From assembly GCA_965263035.1 (NCBI GenBank), contig OZ253580.1, forward strand, positions 2,048,001 through 2,112,000: DNA of 64,000 bases, read 5' to 3'. This DNA is from Acidobacteriota bacterium. Lineage in GTDB: Bacteria; Acidobacteriota; UBA6911; RPQK01; JAJDTT01. The translations under genes were made by a program, and so were the position numbers. Shown here one piece after another: positions 20,473 through 30,559 of this stretch (the first letter of the stretch is position 1; the number at the start of each line of letters is the position of its first letter). The notes under the pieces were generated by a model. That model was not told where the DNA came from. It saw only the letters and a program-made list of their open reading frames with translations, and did no database searches.

Positions 20473-20757
20473 GTTCTCACGTCTCCTGCGAACAGAGAGT
20501 ATCAGGCGAGGCTGGACTCGACTTCCCTCGTCACCCCTCAAGTCCGCCACCGATGTCCGGTTCGCGAGTGGATGAGACAATCGTGCGATCGACCTCTACA
20601 CCGTCTGCGTGATCCCAAGCTTGGGTCAGGGTATTATTCCAGCGTCCGGCACAGACGGCCCATCCCGCCAGGATAGACTCCAAGACTCTGTCAAACAGAT
20701 GAGAACGCAATCGAGACGATCGTCTTCCACGCCGCGGACGGACGGGGGAACTGTCCC

Positions 20758-22380
20758 GTGAGACTCCACCTTGCCGATCACCTGATCCTGGTCGCCTACC
20801 TCATCGGCATGATGTTGCTGGGCTGGCGGCTGTCCAAGCGGCAGCATACCGACGAGGAGTATTTCCTGGGCGGGCGCCGAATGCCTTGGTTTGCCGTCGG
20901 GGTGAGCCTGATCGCCACTCTGCTCTCCAGCGTCGCCTATCTGGGGACCCCGGGGATCGTCTGGCGCTTCGGCTTCGCTGTCTTCCTGAACACGCTGGTG
21001 GGGATTGCCATCACCGTCGGTTTGATCCTGTTCGTCACCATTCCCTTCTTCGTCCGTTTCCGCTTCACCACAGCCTATGAGTATCTGGAACACCGGTTCA
21101 GCCTCTCGGTGAGGCTCCTCGGCGCCTCCATGTTCCTCCTGTTCATGACCATCTACATGGGTGTGATCGTGCTCCTCTCCGCCCGGGCGCTGGCCGTCGC
21201 CACCGGACTGCCCCTGCTTCTCGTCATCGTCAGCGTCGGGACCGTCGCCACCCTCTACACCATGATGGGCGGGATTCGGGCCGTGATCTGGACCGACGTG
21301 ATCCAGGTGGCCCTGCTGGTGGGGGGAGGCCTTTTCGCCATCGCCTATGTCGCCTGGTCCACGGGTTCTGGACCCCTGGACTGGATTCAGGCCGTGAACG
21401 CCCGGGACAACGAGAGCATGCCGCTGGCTTCGTTGGACCCCACCATTCCCGCCACCGTCGTCACCCTCATCCTGGGAGCCTGCCTCTGGACCCTGATGGC
21501 CCATACCGCCAACCAGACCATCATGCAGCGTTACTTCTCGACGGGGGACATGAGGGCGGCCAAGCGAAGCTACCTCACCAGCGCCGCCGTCGACGTCCTG
21601 CTGCTGGTGGTGCTCACGATCATCGGCGCCAGCCTGATCTATTACTTCACCGAAGGTCCCGGAACGCTTCCTCCAGACCTGGACCCGGCCAACGGCCGGG
21701 GTCGGGACGGCATCTTTCCCTTCTTCGTCGCGACCCGGATTCCCGCCGGACTCGCTGGCGCCATCTTTGCGGCTCTTTTGGCGGCCTCCATGTCCACCAT
21801 CGATTCGGGCGTCAACTCCTTCGCCACCGTGGCCACCGTCGATTTCGGGCGGCTGCGCAGGAGACAGACGGCAAACCACGTGGGCCAAGCCCGCGTCATC
21901 ACTCTGGTGGTCGGGCTGGCCGTGACCCTTTTCGCCGTCTTTTTCGACCGGCTGACCGGCACCGCCGACATCCCGACGATCCTCCCCAAGACCTTCAACT
22001 CGCTGGCGGGCGGGATGGGAGGATTGTTCCTGGCGGGTATGCTGATCCCCCGGGCCGGCAGCCGGGCGGTCTGGCCCGCGGCCCTGGTGGGTGTCGGCAC
22101 CGCGCTCGGCGTCGCTTACTCGGGAGAACTGCTTCGGTATCTGGGACCTTCGGCCATCGATCTGGTGGGCGGCTGGCTAAGTCCGGAGTTCGCGCGCCGG
22201 CTGGCGGACCAAGGGATGGGCTTCACCTGGATCATCCCCTCCTCCACCGCGGCCAGCCTGGGAACGGCCTGGTTGCTGAGCTTCGTCGTTCCCAACCGGG
22301 ACCCGGATCGAATCCGTGGACTCACCTGGTCCACGCGCCGGGAACCCTCGTCCCTTACGGCCCCAGGGACTTCGGGCTGA
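20758..22380 (+). CDS. Sodium:solute symporter (SSS) family transporter
   Basis: EYFLGGRRMPW, YEYLEHRF, GGIRAVIWTDVIQ, MQRY, AASMSTIDSGVNS; many TM helices. Confidence 0.93.
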   Translation: MRLHLADHLILVAYLIGMMLLGWRLSKRQHTDEEYFLGGRRMPWFAVGVSLIATLLSSVAYLGTPGIVWRFGFAVFLNTLVGIAITVGLILFVTIPFFVRFRFTTAYEYLEHRFSLSVRLLGASMFLLFMTIYMGVIVLLSARALAVATGLPLLLVIVSVGTVATLYTMMGGIRAVIWTDVIQVALLVGGGLFAIAYVAWSTGSGPLDWIQAVNARDNESMPLASLDPTIPATVVTLILGACLWTLMAHTANQTIMQRYFSTGDMRAAKRSYLTSAAVDVLLLVVLTIIGASLIYYFTEGPGTLPPDLDPANGRGRDGIFPFFVATRIPAGLAGAIFAALLAASMSTIDSGVNSFATVATVDFGRLRRRQTANHVGQARVITLVVGLAVTLFAVFFDRLTGTADIPTILPKTFNSLAGGMGGLFLAGMLIPRAGSRAVWPAALVGVGTALGVAYSGELLRYLGPSAIDLVGGWLSPEFARRLADQGMGFTWIIPSSTAASLGTAWLLSFVVPNRDPDRIRGLTWSTRREPSSLTAPGTSG

Positions 22381-22523
22381 GACGGGCCTGGATCTACGTC
22401 CTGAGTACGTCGGACACCCGTTCCGCCACCAAATATTTTTAAATCTCCATAAATAAAGAATAATTTAGGATTTAGGGAAAATAGATATCACTTTAAGGAT
22501 CAGAAGTGATACTGAGCGGTCGG

Positions 22524-22874
22524 CTATTTCCTTGCCAGAAGCCCCGACATGGCCAGCACCTCAGTGACGGCCACACCCCCGGTGACTAGCTTTTGGAACG
22601 CTTACGCCCTTCCCGCCAAATTCAGCGGACAGCTGTCGAATTTCAGGCTCACGTCCCCTTCCAGCTTCAGCACCAGTTCATGCTCCAAGAGCCGAGCCAG
22701 CGGTAATATGGTGTTCAGGCGCCACCGCCTTTTCGCCTCCCGTTGAGCCGTCCCGTCTGCGTCGAGAAACAAACTCGGAGGAGTTCTGCACGCTGCCAGC
22801 ACCGACCGGCTCACGTCCTCATGGAGCGTACACAGTGCCTCCGGTGAACCCGGCCCGAGCTTGGACAGAATCAA
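22524..22874 (-). pseudogene. Phage portal protein C-terminal remnant
   Basis: VLAACRTPPSLF..DGTAQREAKRRW..TILPLARLLEHEL..KLEGDVSLKFD; the frame continues past an in-frame TAA (22602) as AFQKLVTGGVAVTEVLAMSGL. Recognised from memory of portal C-termini. Confidence 0.55.
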
Positions 22875-23803
22875 TCCTTCTGCAAAGATCCACGGCGTCC
22901 CTCTCCCCAGCGGGTAGCCGTCGTCTAGACCAAGGCCAGTCCTCCGCCCAGGGACTTGAAATCCGCCTACATGTCTGCAAGAGGGTCCGGTTCTTGGTCC
23001 TGGTCGGCATCCTCGCCCTGGGGAACCGGGAGCAAGAATCCGGTAAGAGTTGAAGACTCAGAAGCTAGCGAACTCTCCAAGGCCGCAACGAATGTGCCAG
23101 TCTGGTCTGCTACCTCAAGCGGCCCCTGTCCCTTCCATGGATTCGCAGGATCGACGGCCTACTGGCTCAGAGCCACGGAATCCCAGGGAACCATCCGGGG
23201 AGAGTCCGTGTCCGGTCCGCACAGATCCGCCGCGAAGCGCCAGGACGCGGGAGACGGCCCGCACTTCACGTCTCAACTTCCAACCGGCGTCAGGATCCGT
23301 CGCCCGTGTTCGCAGCTGATCAGAAACAAGACTTCTCCGGTGCGGACCAATTTACATTCTATCGGATTCAGGACCGATGGAATCGGCACCTGCGCTGGTT
23401 TCCTGACCCGCTGTGCCCCTCAGCCGGCTATCCAGATGAATGTCGGGGGCGTGCTTGAACCGAGTCAATCGCAGAAGCTGAACTCTGGTGTGCATCGCAT
23501 TGCGCGGCGGTTCCAGGTCCATCCTGGCCTCCTCTGTGTTGGGAAGAAAGCTCATCCTAACCTCGCCCTGAATGGAGCGGACAGATCACATGATAACGAA
23601 ACTCTGAGCGGTTGGGACTTGTCCCGGGGAGGCCAATCGGCTACTATCGGGTGTTCCTAGGCGAGCCCGCCGAGTGCTTGAACACCCGGCAGGCTCTATG
23701 CTCACTCGTCCTGCGTCTGAGGAAGAGCCAGCCTAATCGGTATTCTACCCGATTTTCACCGCTGCCTGAGTCCGGCGCAGGACACCCTCTTGGAGGACCT
23801 GCC

Positions 23804-24205
23804 ATGTCGCAGTCAAATCTCACCAAAACCTCCGCTGTCTTGTTGGGTGCCCTTTTCTTGCTGGCTCACCTGTACCTACCGGGAGCTCCGCTACTCACCA
23901 AAACCCAGAAGTCCATGGCGATTTCGGCTATCGAGCAAAACCCCGAAGTTCTGGACGCTGCCATCACGCAGAAGAACGATGTTCTGAGTCTGGCTATAGT
24001 GGCCTCCTACAGGACCTCAGAATCCAGAGCCAAGAATCTTGCTGAGAGCTTTTTGCGGATGGTCAAGACACTCGGTCCAGACACCAATCCTGGAAAGGAC
24101 GTTGGCCGGGGTGTGTACGACTACCACCTTGGGGTGTACTTCTCCAACGAGAAGAACCTTGTTCGAGGATTCAAGGCAAGCTCCAACCACTGGATCACTT
24201 GGTGA
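23804..24205 (+). CDS. Hypothetical exported protein
   Basis: GGAGG RBS, N-terminal hydrophobic segment, 133 aa with natural composition. Confidence 0.65.
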   Translation: MSQSNLTKTSAVLLGALFLLAHLYLPGAPLLTKTQKSMAISAIEQNPEVLDAAITQKNDVLSLAIVASYRTSESRAKNLAESFLRMVKTLGPDTNPGKDVGRGVYDYHLGVYFSNEKNLVRGFKASSNHWITW

Positions 24206-24561
24206 ATCCCGACAAAGAGGCAGGAGTCAGTACTGCGAGCGACGGTCTGCTGAAGCCTTGCAGGGAGTGTAAGAACCCGGTCTCGATTACAGCGGGGTTC
24301 TGTCCCAAGTGCGGAGCGAAGAAACCGGCACTGTCAGCGGCTGGACCCCTGCTAGAGAGCATCGGTCAAGGCTTGATGGGCGTAGGCTGCCTGTTGACCA
24401 TCCTGATCACAATCCCCGTCCTCGTTTTCCTGCTCGTCCTGGGAGCCTGCCAACATTGCTCCTGCCGTTCCGGCAATCTGAGAGCGGACGGGCAGAAAGA
24501 CCGTCTGTCATTAGCACGTCAAGTTGACCAGTTTTTTACACGTGATCTGTCCCGCCGTTGA
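24199..24561 (+). CDS. Zinc-ribbon + transmembrane hypothetical protein
   Basis: CRECKNPVSITAGFCPKCG followed by a hydrophobic helix; the 3' end runs into an IS-like end. Confidence 0.65.
   Translation: MVNPDKEAGVSTASDGLLKPCRECKNPVSITAGFCPKCGAKKPALSAAGPLLESIGQGLMGVGCLLTILITIPVLVFLLVLGACQHCSCRSGNLRADGQKDRLSLARQVDQFFTRDLSRR
24506..24560. mobile_element. Probable IS21-family terminal remnant
   Basis: TGTCA start followed by two related subterminal motifs (CACGTCAAGTTGACCAG / CACGTGATCTGTCCCGC). Confidence 0.4.
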
Positions 24562-25233
24562 AAAATCGACCTCCCGTCATGTCGCTTGGTGACCGTCGGT
24601 CGCCCTCCCGGTTAGTCCTGGCCGGAATCTTGATTTCGGCCATTTCAGCTCTTCACATCCTGGGCGATGTCGGCTCACCCAAAGGACGTCGCTAATCCAA
24701 GGAGCCGCAGGGTTGACTTGGTCCACCCTGGACGTACGCTGCTGCTTCGCCCACCTCCCGCCTCGACCGACGTGGATGCCGATCCATCAGATTTTCCTGT
24801 AGCTGAGGGGAACACTTAGAGGGCGGTCGCGTGGGGCATCGTCTTCTTGTCCTCGGCGGCATGTAAACCTTGCCCACTTGGGCCAAGAACAGGAGAGGGT
24901 TTTATGCCCGGACAGATTCGGGGCGTCGTCGTTTTGCTCTGCTTGAGCGCTCCCACGGAGGCCAGGGAAGGGTGTGAGATCCCCGGTTATCCCAGTCCCC
25001 CCGGTGGCGTGATGAACTTGGGGCTTTCCTGGTGTCCCGCCAACATCGGCCTGCCGGTACGCTCGTTGGCCCTCCACACCGCTGGCGCGCACTGGCCACG
25101 GGCAGATCTTCCACTCCGGAGCAGATCCAGCCGAGGCGTCAGGACATCCAAGCTGCCTGCGACGGACTCGCCGCCTTGGATATCTCCATATGCCAATGTC
25201 CACCAGGACTCCTATCCGTCCCCCTGCCCCCCG

Positions 25234-25713
25234 CTCCCACCGGAGATCCAGCTGGATCGCTATCTGTTAGGCGCGGAAAAGCTGATGGCCCAAAAAGACC
25301 ATCAGGCCGCTCTGGACATAGTGGGCAAAATTCTGGCTCTGCAAAAAGACCACCAGCTGTCCTTACCCGAGGAGTTCCACTTCACACACGCGGAACTGGC
25401 GTTCGCTGCCGGGTCGTTCCAGGCGGCACTGGAGGCAGTGAACAAGTATCTGATGAGAGCCGGGAGGGGCGGAGAGTTTTACCGAGAGGCGCTGGATTTG
25501 TTGGATGACGTGGAGACGGCCCTACCCGAGCGGAACCGCTGCACCGGCCAGCCTAAGGGATCGGAATGCTGGATGGCGTTAACCGACAGGCCGGGATGCT
25601 ACGTCTGGGATCCTAACTTCCAGCCGGACGCGACTGTGACCTGGACCACCGAGTGTCCCGAGGGCCTGGGTGGCGGCAGATTCGGGGTCGGTCGGGTTGG
25701 CGGATTATCATAG
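25234..25713 (+). pseudogene. Truncated secreted protein (TPR-like N-terminal domain + Cys/Trp-rich module)
   Basis: LPPEIQLDRYLL...FYREALDLL then CWMALTDRPGCYVW..VTWTTEC; becomes low-complexity at about 25670, next to the dif-like site. Confidence 0.55.
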
Positions 25714-25738
25714 AGCGATAAAGTACATTATCGGACGG
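25711..25738. other. dif-like tyrosine-recombinase site (11-6-11)
   Basis: TAGAGCGATAA-AGTACA-TTATCGGACGG. Confidence 0.55.
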
Positions 25739-25743
25739 GCTCT

Positions 25744-25860
25744 TTCCGGGGATGGGGGGAGCTTCCGGAGACGGGGGAAGCTTCGGGAAGAACGGGGATC
25801 GTTCGGAAGAGCGGGGGGCGTTCGGAATGAGGAGGACGCTTTCCGAAGAGCGGGGGGGCG
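25744..25860 (+). repeat. Six degenerate 19-20 bp tandem direct repeats
   Basis: Units start at 25744, 25763, 25782, 25802, 25821 and 25841; consensus about TTCsGrAGAnnGGGGrnns. Confidence 0.6.
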
Positions 25861-26219
25861 GCTCAAGGCGGGGACCCGACCCTCACCGGGCCCGGAAGGG
25901 GCGGCGCCGCAGCACCCGCGTGGAACGGACCGCGGAGGCTCGACCTCAGCCGCCGGGCCGGGCAGCGGAGGGGACCGAATCGGACGCTCGCCCGCTGGCG
26001 GGGGGGTGCGCGCACCGCGAGGCGGCGCTCCCAGGAACTCCGAGCCCCCGCGCCGGCGCCGGGGGTCTCTAAGGCCGTCGATAACTGCAACACACTCGCC
26101 CGGGGGTGTGTTGCACTCGCTGGGGTCGCTCACTATCTTTCATTTATCCCTGCGGGCAGGTCCGGACGGGTAGGAATTCGAGGGTCCGGACCGGGAGGAT
26201 CGGAGCCGGAGCCCCCCCC

Positions 26220-27002
26220 TCAGCGAGGACGGGGCAGCGAGCTTTTGATGGCGACGTCCTGAATCAGCGACCGGAGCGCGTCGCTCGCCCACAGCGACGC
26301 ATGCCGGGAACTCATCGAGGGCAGGCCCAGCACCCGGGTCCCGGTCAGATACCCGGCCCCGGCGTAGTAGTTCCCCTTCAGCCGGCCGAGCTTGACCCGC
26401 CGCGACGTGCGGGAGTCCGGATCCACTCTCCACTCGCCCACGATCTCCATCCCGAAGGCGCTCTTGACGGCCGCCCAGGGGGAGCGGCCCGGGCCGTTGC
26501 CGTCACACAGGATCCACTCCGGGGCCACCGAGATCAGCGCCTTCGCCAGCCAGTCGACACTGTAGACCCAGAGCTCGAGAGGGAGATCTCCCACCCGGGC
26601 CGTCCGGTAGGCGCAGACATTGAAGCAGGCCGTGGCTCGAAGCGCCCCTTCCCACTCGGACCCGTAGAGAGTCTCGAACAACCGGTGCACCCGCTTTTGA
26701 TGGGGAGAGTACGGGTCCCCGTCCGGCCAGCGCTCATCCAGATGGGCGTTCCACGGCGGCTCCCGCCGTTCATAGGGCGCCCCCAGATAACCCTCGTCCC
26801 GGTCGTGCGCCAGGGCCTCACGGCCACCTGAAGGGTTGACGCCGAGAAAGACCACGGAGGAGCCCTGCTCGATGCAGCGGGCGTCCCCGGACCAGCACTT
26901 GAACCCATGGAGGTTCCGAGGGGACTTCGTCAAGAGCACCCGGGCCATCCGTTCCAGCATGGCCGCAGCCAGAAAACCCTTCCTCGAGATCCGTTTCACC
27001 AT
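26220..27002 (-). CDS. Uracil-DNA-glycosylase-superfamily protein (260 aa)
   Basis: AAGGAGG RBS; VVFLGVNPSG (motif A-like), CFNVCAYRT, PEWILCDGN, VLGLPSMS (motif B-like). Confidence 0.6.
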   Translation of the reverse strand: MVKRISRKGFLAAAMLERMARVLLTKSPRNLHGFKCWSGDARCIEQGSSVVFLGVNPSGGREALAHDRDEGYLGAPYERREPPWNAHLDERWPDGDPYSPHQKRVHRLFETLYGSEWEGALRATACFNVCAYRTARVGDLPLELWVYSVDWLAKALISVAPEWILCDGNGPGRSPWAAVKSAFGMEIVGEWRVDPDSRTSRRVKLGRLKGNYYAGAGYLTGTRVLGLPSMSSRHASLWASDALRSLIQDVAIKSSLPRPR

Positions 27003-28201
27003 CGTGCCCATCCTCCTTGCGGAGCCCACAAAAGGGAGAGAAGAGCCGAATTGATCGGCTTCGCCGGCTCGAACGCCCTCGAGGGTAGCTGGATACCTTC
27101 TCACAAGTTCCTGCCTCGAGCGGGCCGGACCGGATCCGCACCGGCCGTCGTTTCCGCCTCTAGAACCCATCGGGCCGCAAGAAGATTCCCCGCCGTAACT
27201 CCGCCCGGCGGGCTCGACGTCCCTGACTTCCGCGCGCAGGGACGTCAGAAGGTCCCGGATGCTGTCGAGCCGGGCTCCTCAGCGCCAGGAGTCGGTCCGT
27301 TTTGCTCTTGTCGGGCCGATTCCGAGAAAAAAGACCTCCGTAGAGGGCCTATGTTGGCCTCGCGCGGGAGGACGAAGGGTTGGATATAGGCCCTTGGGCG
27401 GCGCCCCGGCTCCCGCCGCTCGGGCCCGCGGAAAGAGGATTTCTCAAACCGCCCCCGGCGGTTGTATGGTCAATAGTGGATCCGGGCCTGTACGGGGAAA
27501 ATCCGCCGTCCCGACTTCCGGAACTCGCCGGGCAGTGTCGTGTATTCGGTGGAGTTTGCGGAACACGATAATCGGCCGGCTGAACGAACAATCTCCGATC
27601 TCGGACTTGATACACAGGCCACCGGCGGTCCGCCGCCGCCGCGGGCAGTTCGACTCTCTCAGAGGAGAAGCTGGCCCCAGCCGGTAGAAGGAGAGGGCAA
27701 ATGCAAGACCTGCGAGGGCCGAGGAAGATCCGGTCGGGGCTGGTGATGGTGTGGCCCCACCCTTCGAGAAGCGAGCGCGGCCTACCGGAGCCGGGCCGGC
27801 CACGGCCGCGGGGCCGAGATCCGGCCGAATCTCGCCGCCGTCGGGTGGCTGGTGGAGTTTCAGCCTGGACGGGAAGCCGTTGCGCGCCGTGGTGGTGTCC
27901 ACGGACGAGGAGGCCCACGACGTGGCCCAGGAGTACGTGGACACAGGACAGGGTGACAGGGACACTCCCTAGGATGATGCAATTCTTCGCTGTACGGAGC
28001 ACAATATGTGGGAAAATGATTCGCTGGAATTCCCGATCACGCTCCAAGATCCCATGGCTCCAGGTGTTGCGCGGCAACATCCCAGGGGTAGACACGAGAA
28101 ACGGTCCGTCGTCGGGTCCACCCTCACCATCAAGGGAGAGGTGAGTGGAGGAACGGAGGAGCGGGAGTGACGAGGAACGGAACGGGGTGCCGCTGAGCCG
28201 G

Positions 28202-30556
28202 ATGGACAAGCGAGGTCTCTCGGAGCGCGATATCTGCACGAAGTTCATTACGCCGGCCCTGCGCAGGGCCGGGTGGGACGAGATGTCGCAGATTCGCGAG
28301 GAGGTGAGCTTCACCAAGGGCCGCATCATCGTGCGCGGCAAGCTGGTCACACGCGGACGAGCCAAACGCGCCGACTACATTCTTTACGTCAAGCCGAACA
28401 TCCCGATCGCCGTGATCGAGGCGAAGGACAATTCCCACAGCGTCGGCGACGGCATGCAGCAGGCGCTGGATTACGCCGAGACCCTGAACGTTCCCTTCGC
28501 GTTCTCTTCGAACGGCGACGGCTTCGTGTTCCACGACCGTACGGGGGCCAGCACACCACTCGAGTCGAACCTTCCTCTCGAAGGCTTTCCGTCACCGACC
28601 GATCTGTGGGCGCGCTATCGGGCCTGGAAAGACCTGACGCCGGAAGCCGAGAAGATCGTCCTTCAAGACTATTTCGAGGACGGGAGCGGCAAGACGCCGC
28701 GCTACTACCAGGCCAACGCCGTCAACGCCGCGATCGAGGCCATCGCCAAGGGGCAGGACCGTATCCTGCTCGTCATGGCCACGGGCACGGGAAAGACGTA
28801 CACCGCCTTCCAGATCATCTGGCGGCTGTGGAAGGCGCGGCGCAAGAAGCGCATCCTGTTCCTCGCCGACCGAAACGTGCTCATCGACCAGACGATGGCG
28901 AACGATTTCCGTCCCTTCGGCGGCACGATGACGAAGCTCTCGCGCCGCATCGACACCGCCTACGAGGTCTATCTCGGACTCTATCAGGCGATCACCGGGC
29001 CGGAGGAACACCAGAAGGCCTACCGGAAGTTCTCGCGGGGGTTCTTCGATCTGATCGTGATCGACGAATGCCACCGGGGCAGTGCCGCCGACGATTCAGT
29101 GTGGCACGAGATCCTCGAGTACTTCTCCTCCGCAACCCAGATCGGCCTCACGGCCACGCCGAAGGAGACGAAGTACGTCTCCAACGTCGCCTATTTCGGG
29201 GATCCGGTCTTCTCCTACTCCTTGAAGCAGGGCATCCGCGACGGTTTCCTCGCGCCCTACAAGGTGGTCAAGGTCCATATCGATCGCGACGTGGAAGGCT
29301 ACCGCCCAGAGAAGGGCAAGCTCGACCGCGACGGCAAGGAGGTTGAGGATCGCGTCTACAACTCGACGGACTTCGACCGGACGCTGGTCATCGCCGACCG
29401 GACGACACGCGTAGCGCAGAAGGTCACGGCTTTCCTGAAGGAGAGTGGCGATCGTTTCCAGAAGGCGATCATCTTTTGCGTCGATCAGGAGCACGCCGCG
29501 CGGATGCGTCAGGAACTCATCAACGAGAACGCCGATCTTGCCGAGGACAATTCGCGTTACGTCATGCGGATCACGGGTGGCGATGCTGCGGGACAGGCCG
29601 AACTCGGGAACTTCATCGACCCGGAATCGAAATACCCTGTCCTGGTCACCACATCGCGGCTGCTATCCACCGGCGTCGATGTCCAGACCTGTCGGTTGAT
29701 CGTACTCGACCGAGCGGTGGGGTCGATGACCGAGTTCAAGCAGATCGTCGGCCGCGGTACCCGCGTGCACGAAGACACACGAAAGTTCTACTTCACGCTC
29801 ATCGACTTCCGGCGTGCCACCGTTCATTTCGCGGACCCGGAGTTCGACGGCGAGCCGGTCCAGATCCACGCGCCGGGAGAAGACGATCCGATCGTCCCAC
29901 CCGATGTGCCGCCTACGGACGAGGACGGGCTCGGCGACGACGAGATCATGATCGATGGAGTGGATCCACCACCACCGGGTCCGGGGCCACAGAAGAAAAT
30001 CTATATCGACGGCGTCGAGGTGGCCATCATCGCCGAGCGGGTGACATACCTCGACGGGAACGGCAAGCTGGTGACCGAGTCGCTGCGCGACTTCACGAGG
30101 AAGGCCCTGCGCAGGCGCTTCGCGAGCCTTGACGACTTCCTGAACCGTTGGAACGCCGTCAAGCGCAAGCAGGCGATCATTGATGAGATGGCGGCCGAGG
30201 GCCTGCCGCTGACCGTGATCGTCGAAGAGTTAGGCAAGGATCTCGACCCCTTCGATCTCGTCTGTCACGTTGCCTTCGACGCCAAACCGCTGACCCGCCG
30301 TGAGCGGGCCGAGAACGTCAAGAAGCGGGATGTGTTCACGAAATACGGAGGTCAGGCCCGCGCCGTGCTCGACGCGTTGCTCGACAAGTATGCCGACGAG
30401 GGCATACTCAATCTCGACGACGCCAACGTCCTCAGGATCCCGCCACTCGACAGTCTCGGCACACCGTTGGAACTGGTCCGCGCCTTCGGCGGGAAGCCCG
30501 ATTTCGACCGGGCCGTGCACAATCTTCAGTTCGCTCTCTACCGGGAGATTGCCTGA
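28202..30556 (+). CDS. hsdR: Type I restriction enzyme R subunit (EcoAI/EcoEI-like, type IB)
   Basis: SERDICTKFITP, ADY..IAVIEAK nuclease motif, MATGTGKT, DECHRG, LTATP, QIVGRGTR, EcoEI-type C-terminus. Confidence 0.96.
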   Translation: MDKRGLSERDICTKFITPALRRAGWDEMSQIREEVSFTKGRIIVRGKLVTRGRAKRADYILYVKPNIPIAVIEAKDNSHSVGDGMQQALDYAETLNVPFAFSSNGDGFVFHDRTGASTPLESNLPLEGFPSPTDLWARYRAWKDLTPEAEKIVLQDYFEDGSGKTPRYYQANAVNAAIEAIAKGQDRILLVMATGTGKTYTAFQIIWRLWKARRKKRILFLADRNVLIDQTMANDFRPFGGTMTKLSRRIDTAYEVYLGLYQAITGPEEHQKAYRKFSRGFFDLIVIDECHRGSAADDSVWHEILEYFSSATQIGLTATPKETKYVSNVAYFGDPVFSYSLKQGIRDGFLAPYKVVKVHIDRDVEGYRPEKGKLDRDGKEVEDRVYNSTDFDRTLVIADRTTRVAQKVTAFLKESGDRFQKAIIFCVDQEHAARMRQELINENADLAEDNSRYVMRITGGDAAGQAELGNFIDPESKYPVLVTTSRLLSTGVDVQTCRLIVLDRAVGSMTEFKQIVGRGTRVHEDTRKFYFTLIDFRRATVHFADPEFDGEPVQIHAPGEDDPIVPPDVPPTDEDGLGDDEIMIDGVDPPPPGPGPQKKIYIDGVEVAIIAERVTYLDGNGKLVTESLRDFTRKALRRRFASLDDFLNRWNAVKRKQAIIDEMAAEGLPLTVIVEELGKDLDPFDLVCHVAFDAKPLTRRERAENVKKRDVFTKYGGQARAVLDALLDKYADEGILNLDDANVLRIPPLDSLGTPLELVRAFGGKPDFDRAVHNLQFALYREIA

Positions 30557-30559
30557 GAG

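Noticed and set aside
266-22334. Long ORFs antisense to or overlapping real genes (e.g. 266-1378, 1351-2622, 4686-6179, 6519-9224, 10038-11720, 20626-21888)
   Set aside because: Shadow frames of GC-rich coding sequence; no motifs, and the opposite strand carries recognisable families.
22956-23660. 234-aa ORF after the portal remnant
   Set aside because: No family motif or clear RBS; probably a decayed gene.
27170-28145. Multiple overlapping ORFs upstream of hsdR
   Set aside because: Low-complexity Pro/Arg/Gly translations; none is clearly coding.
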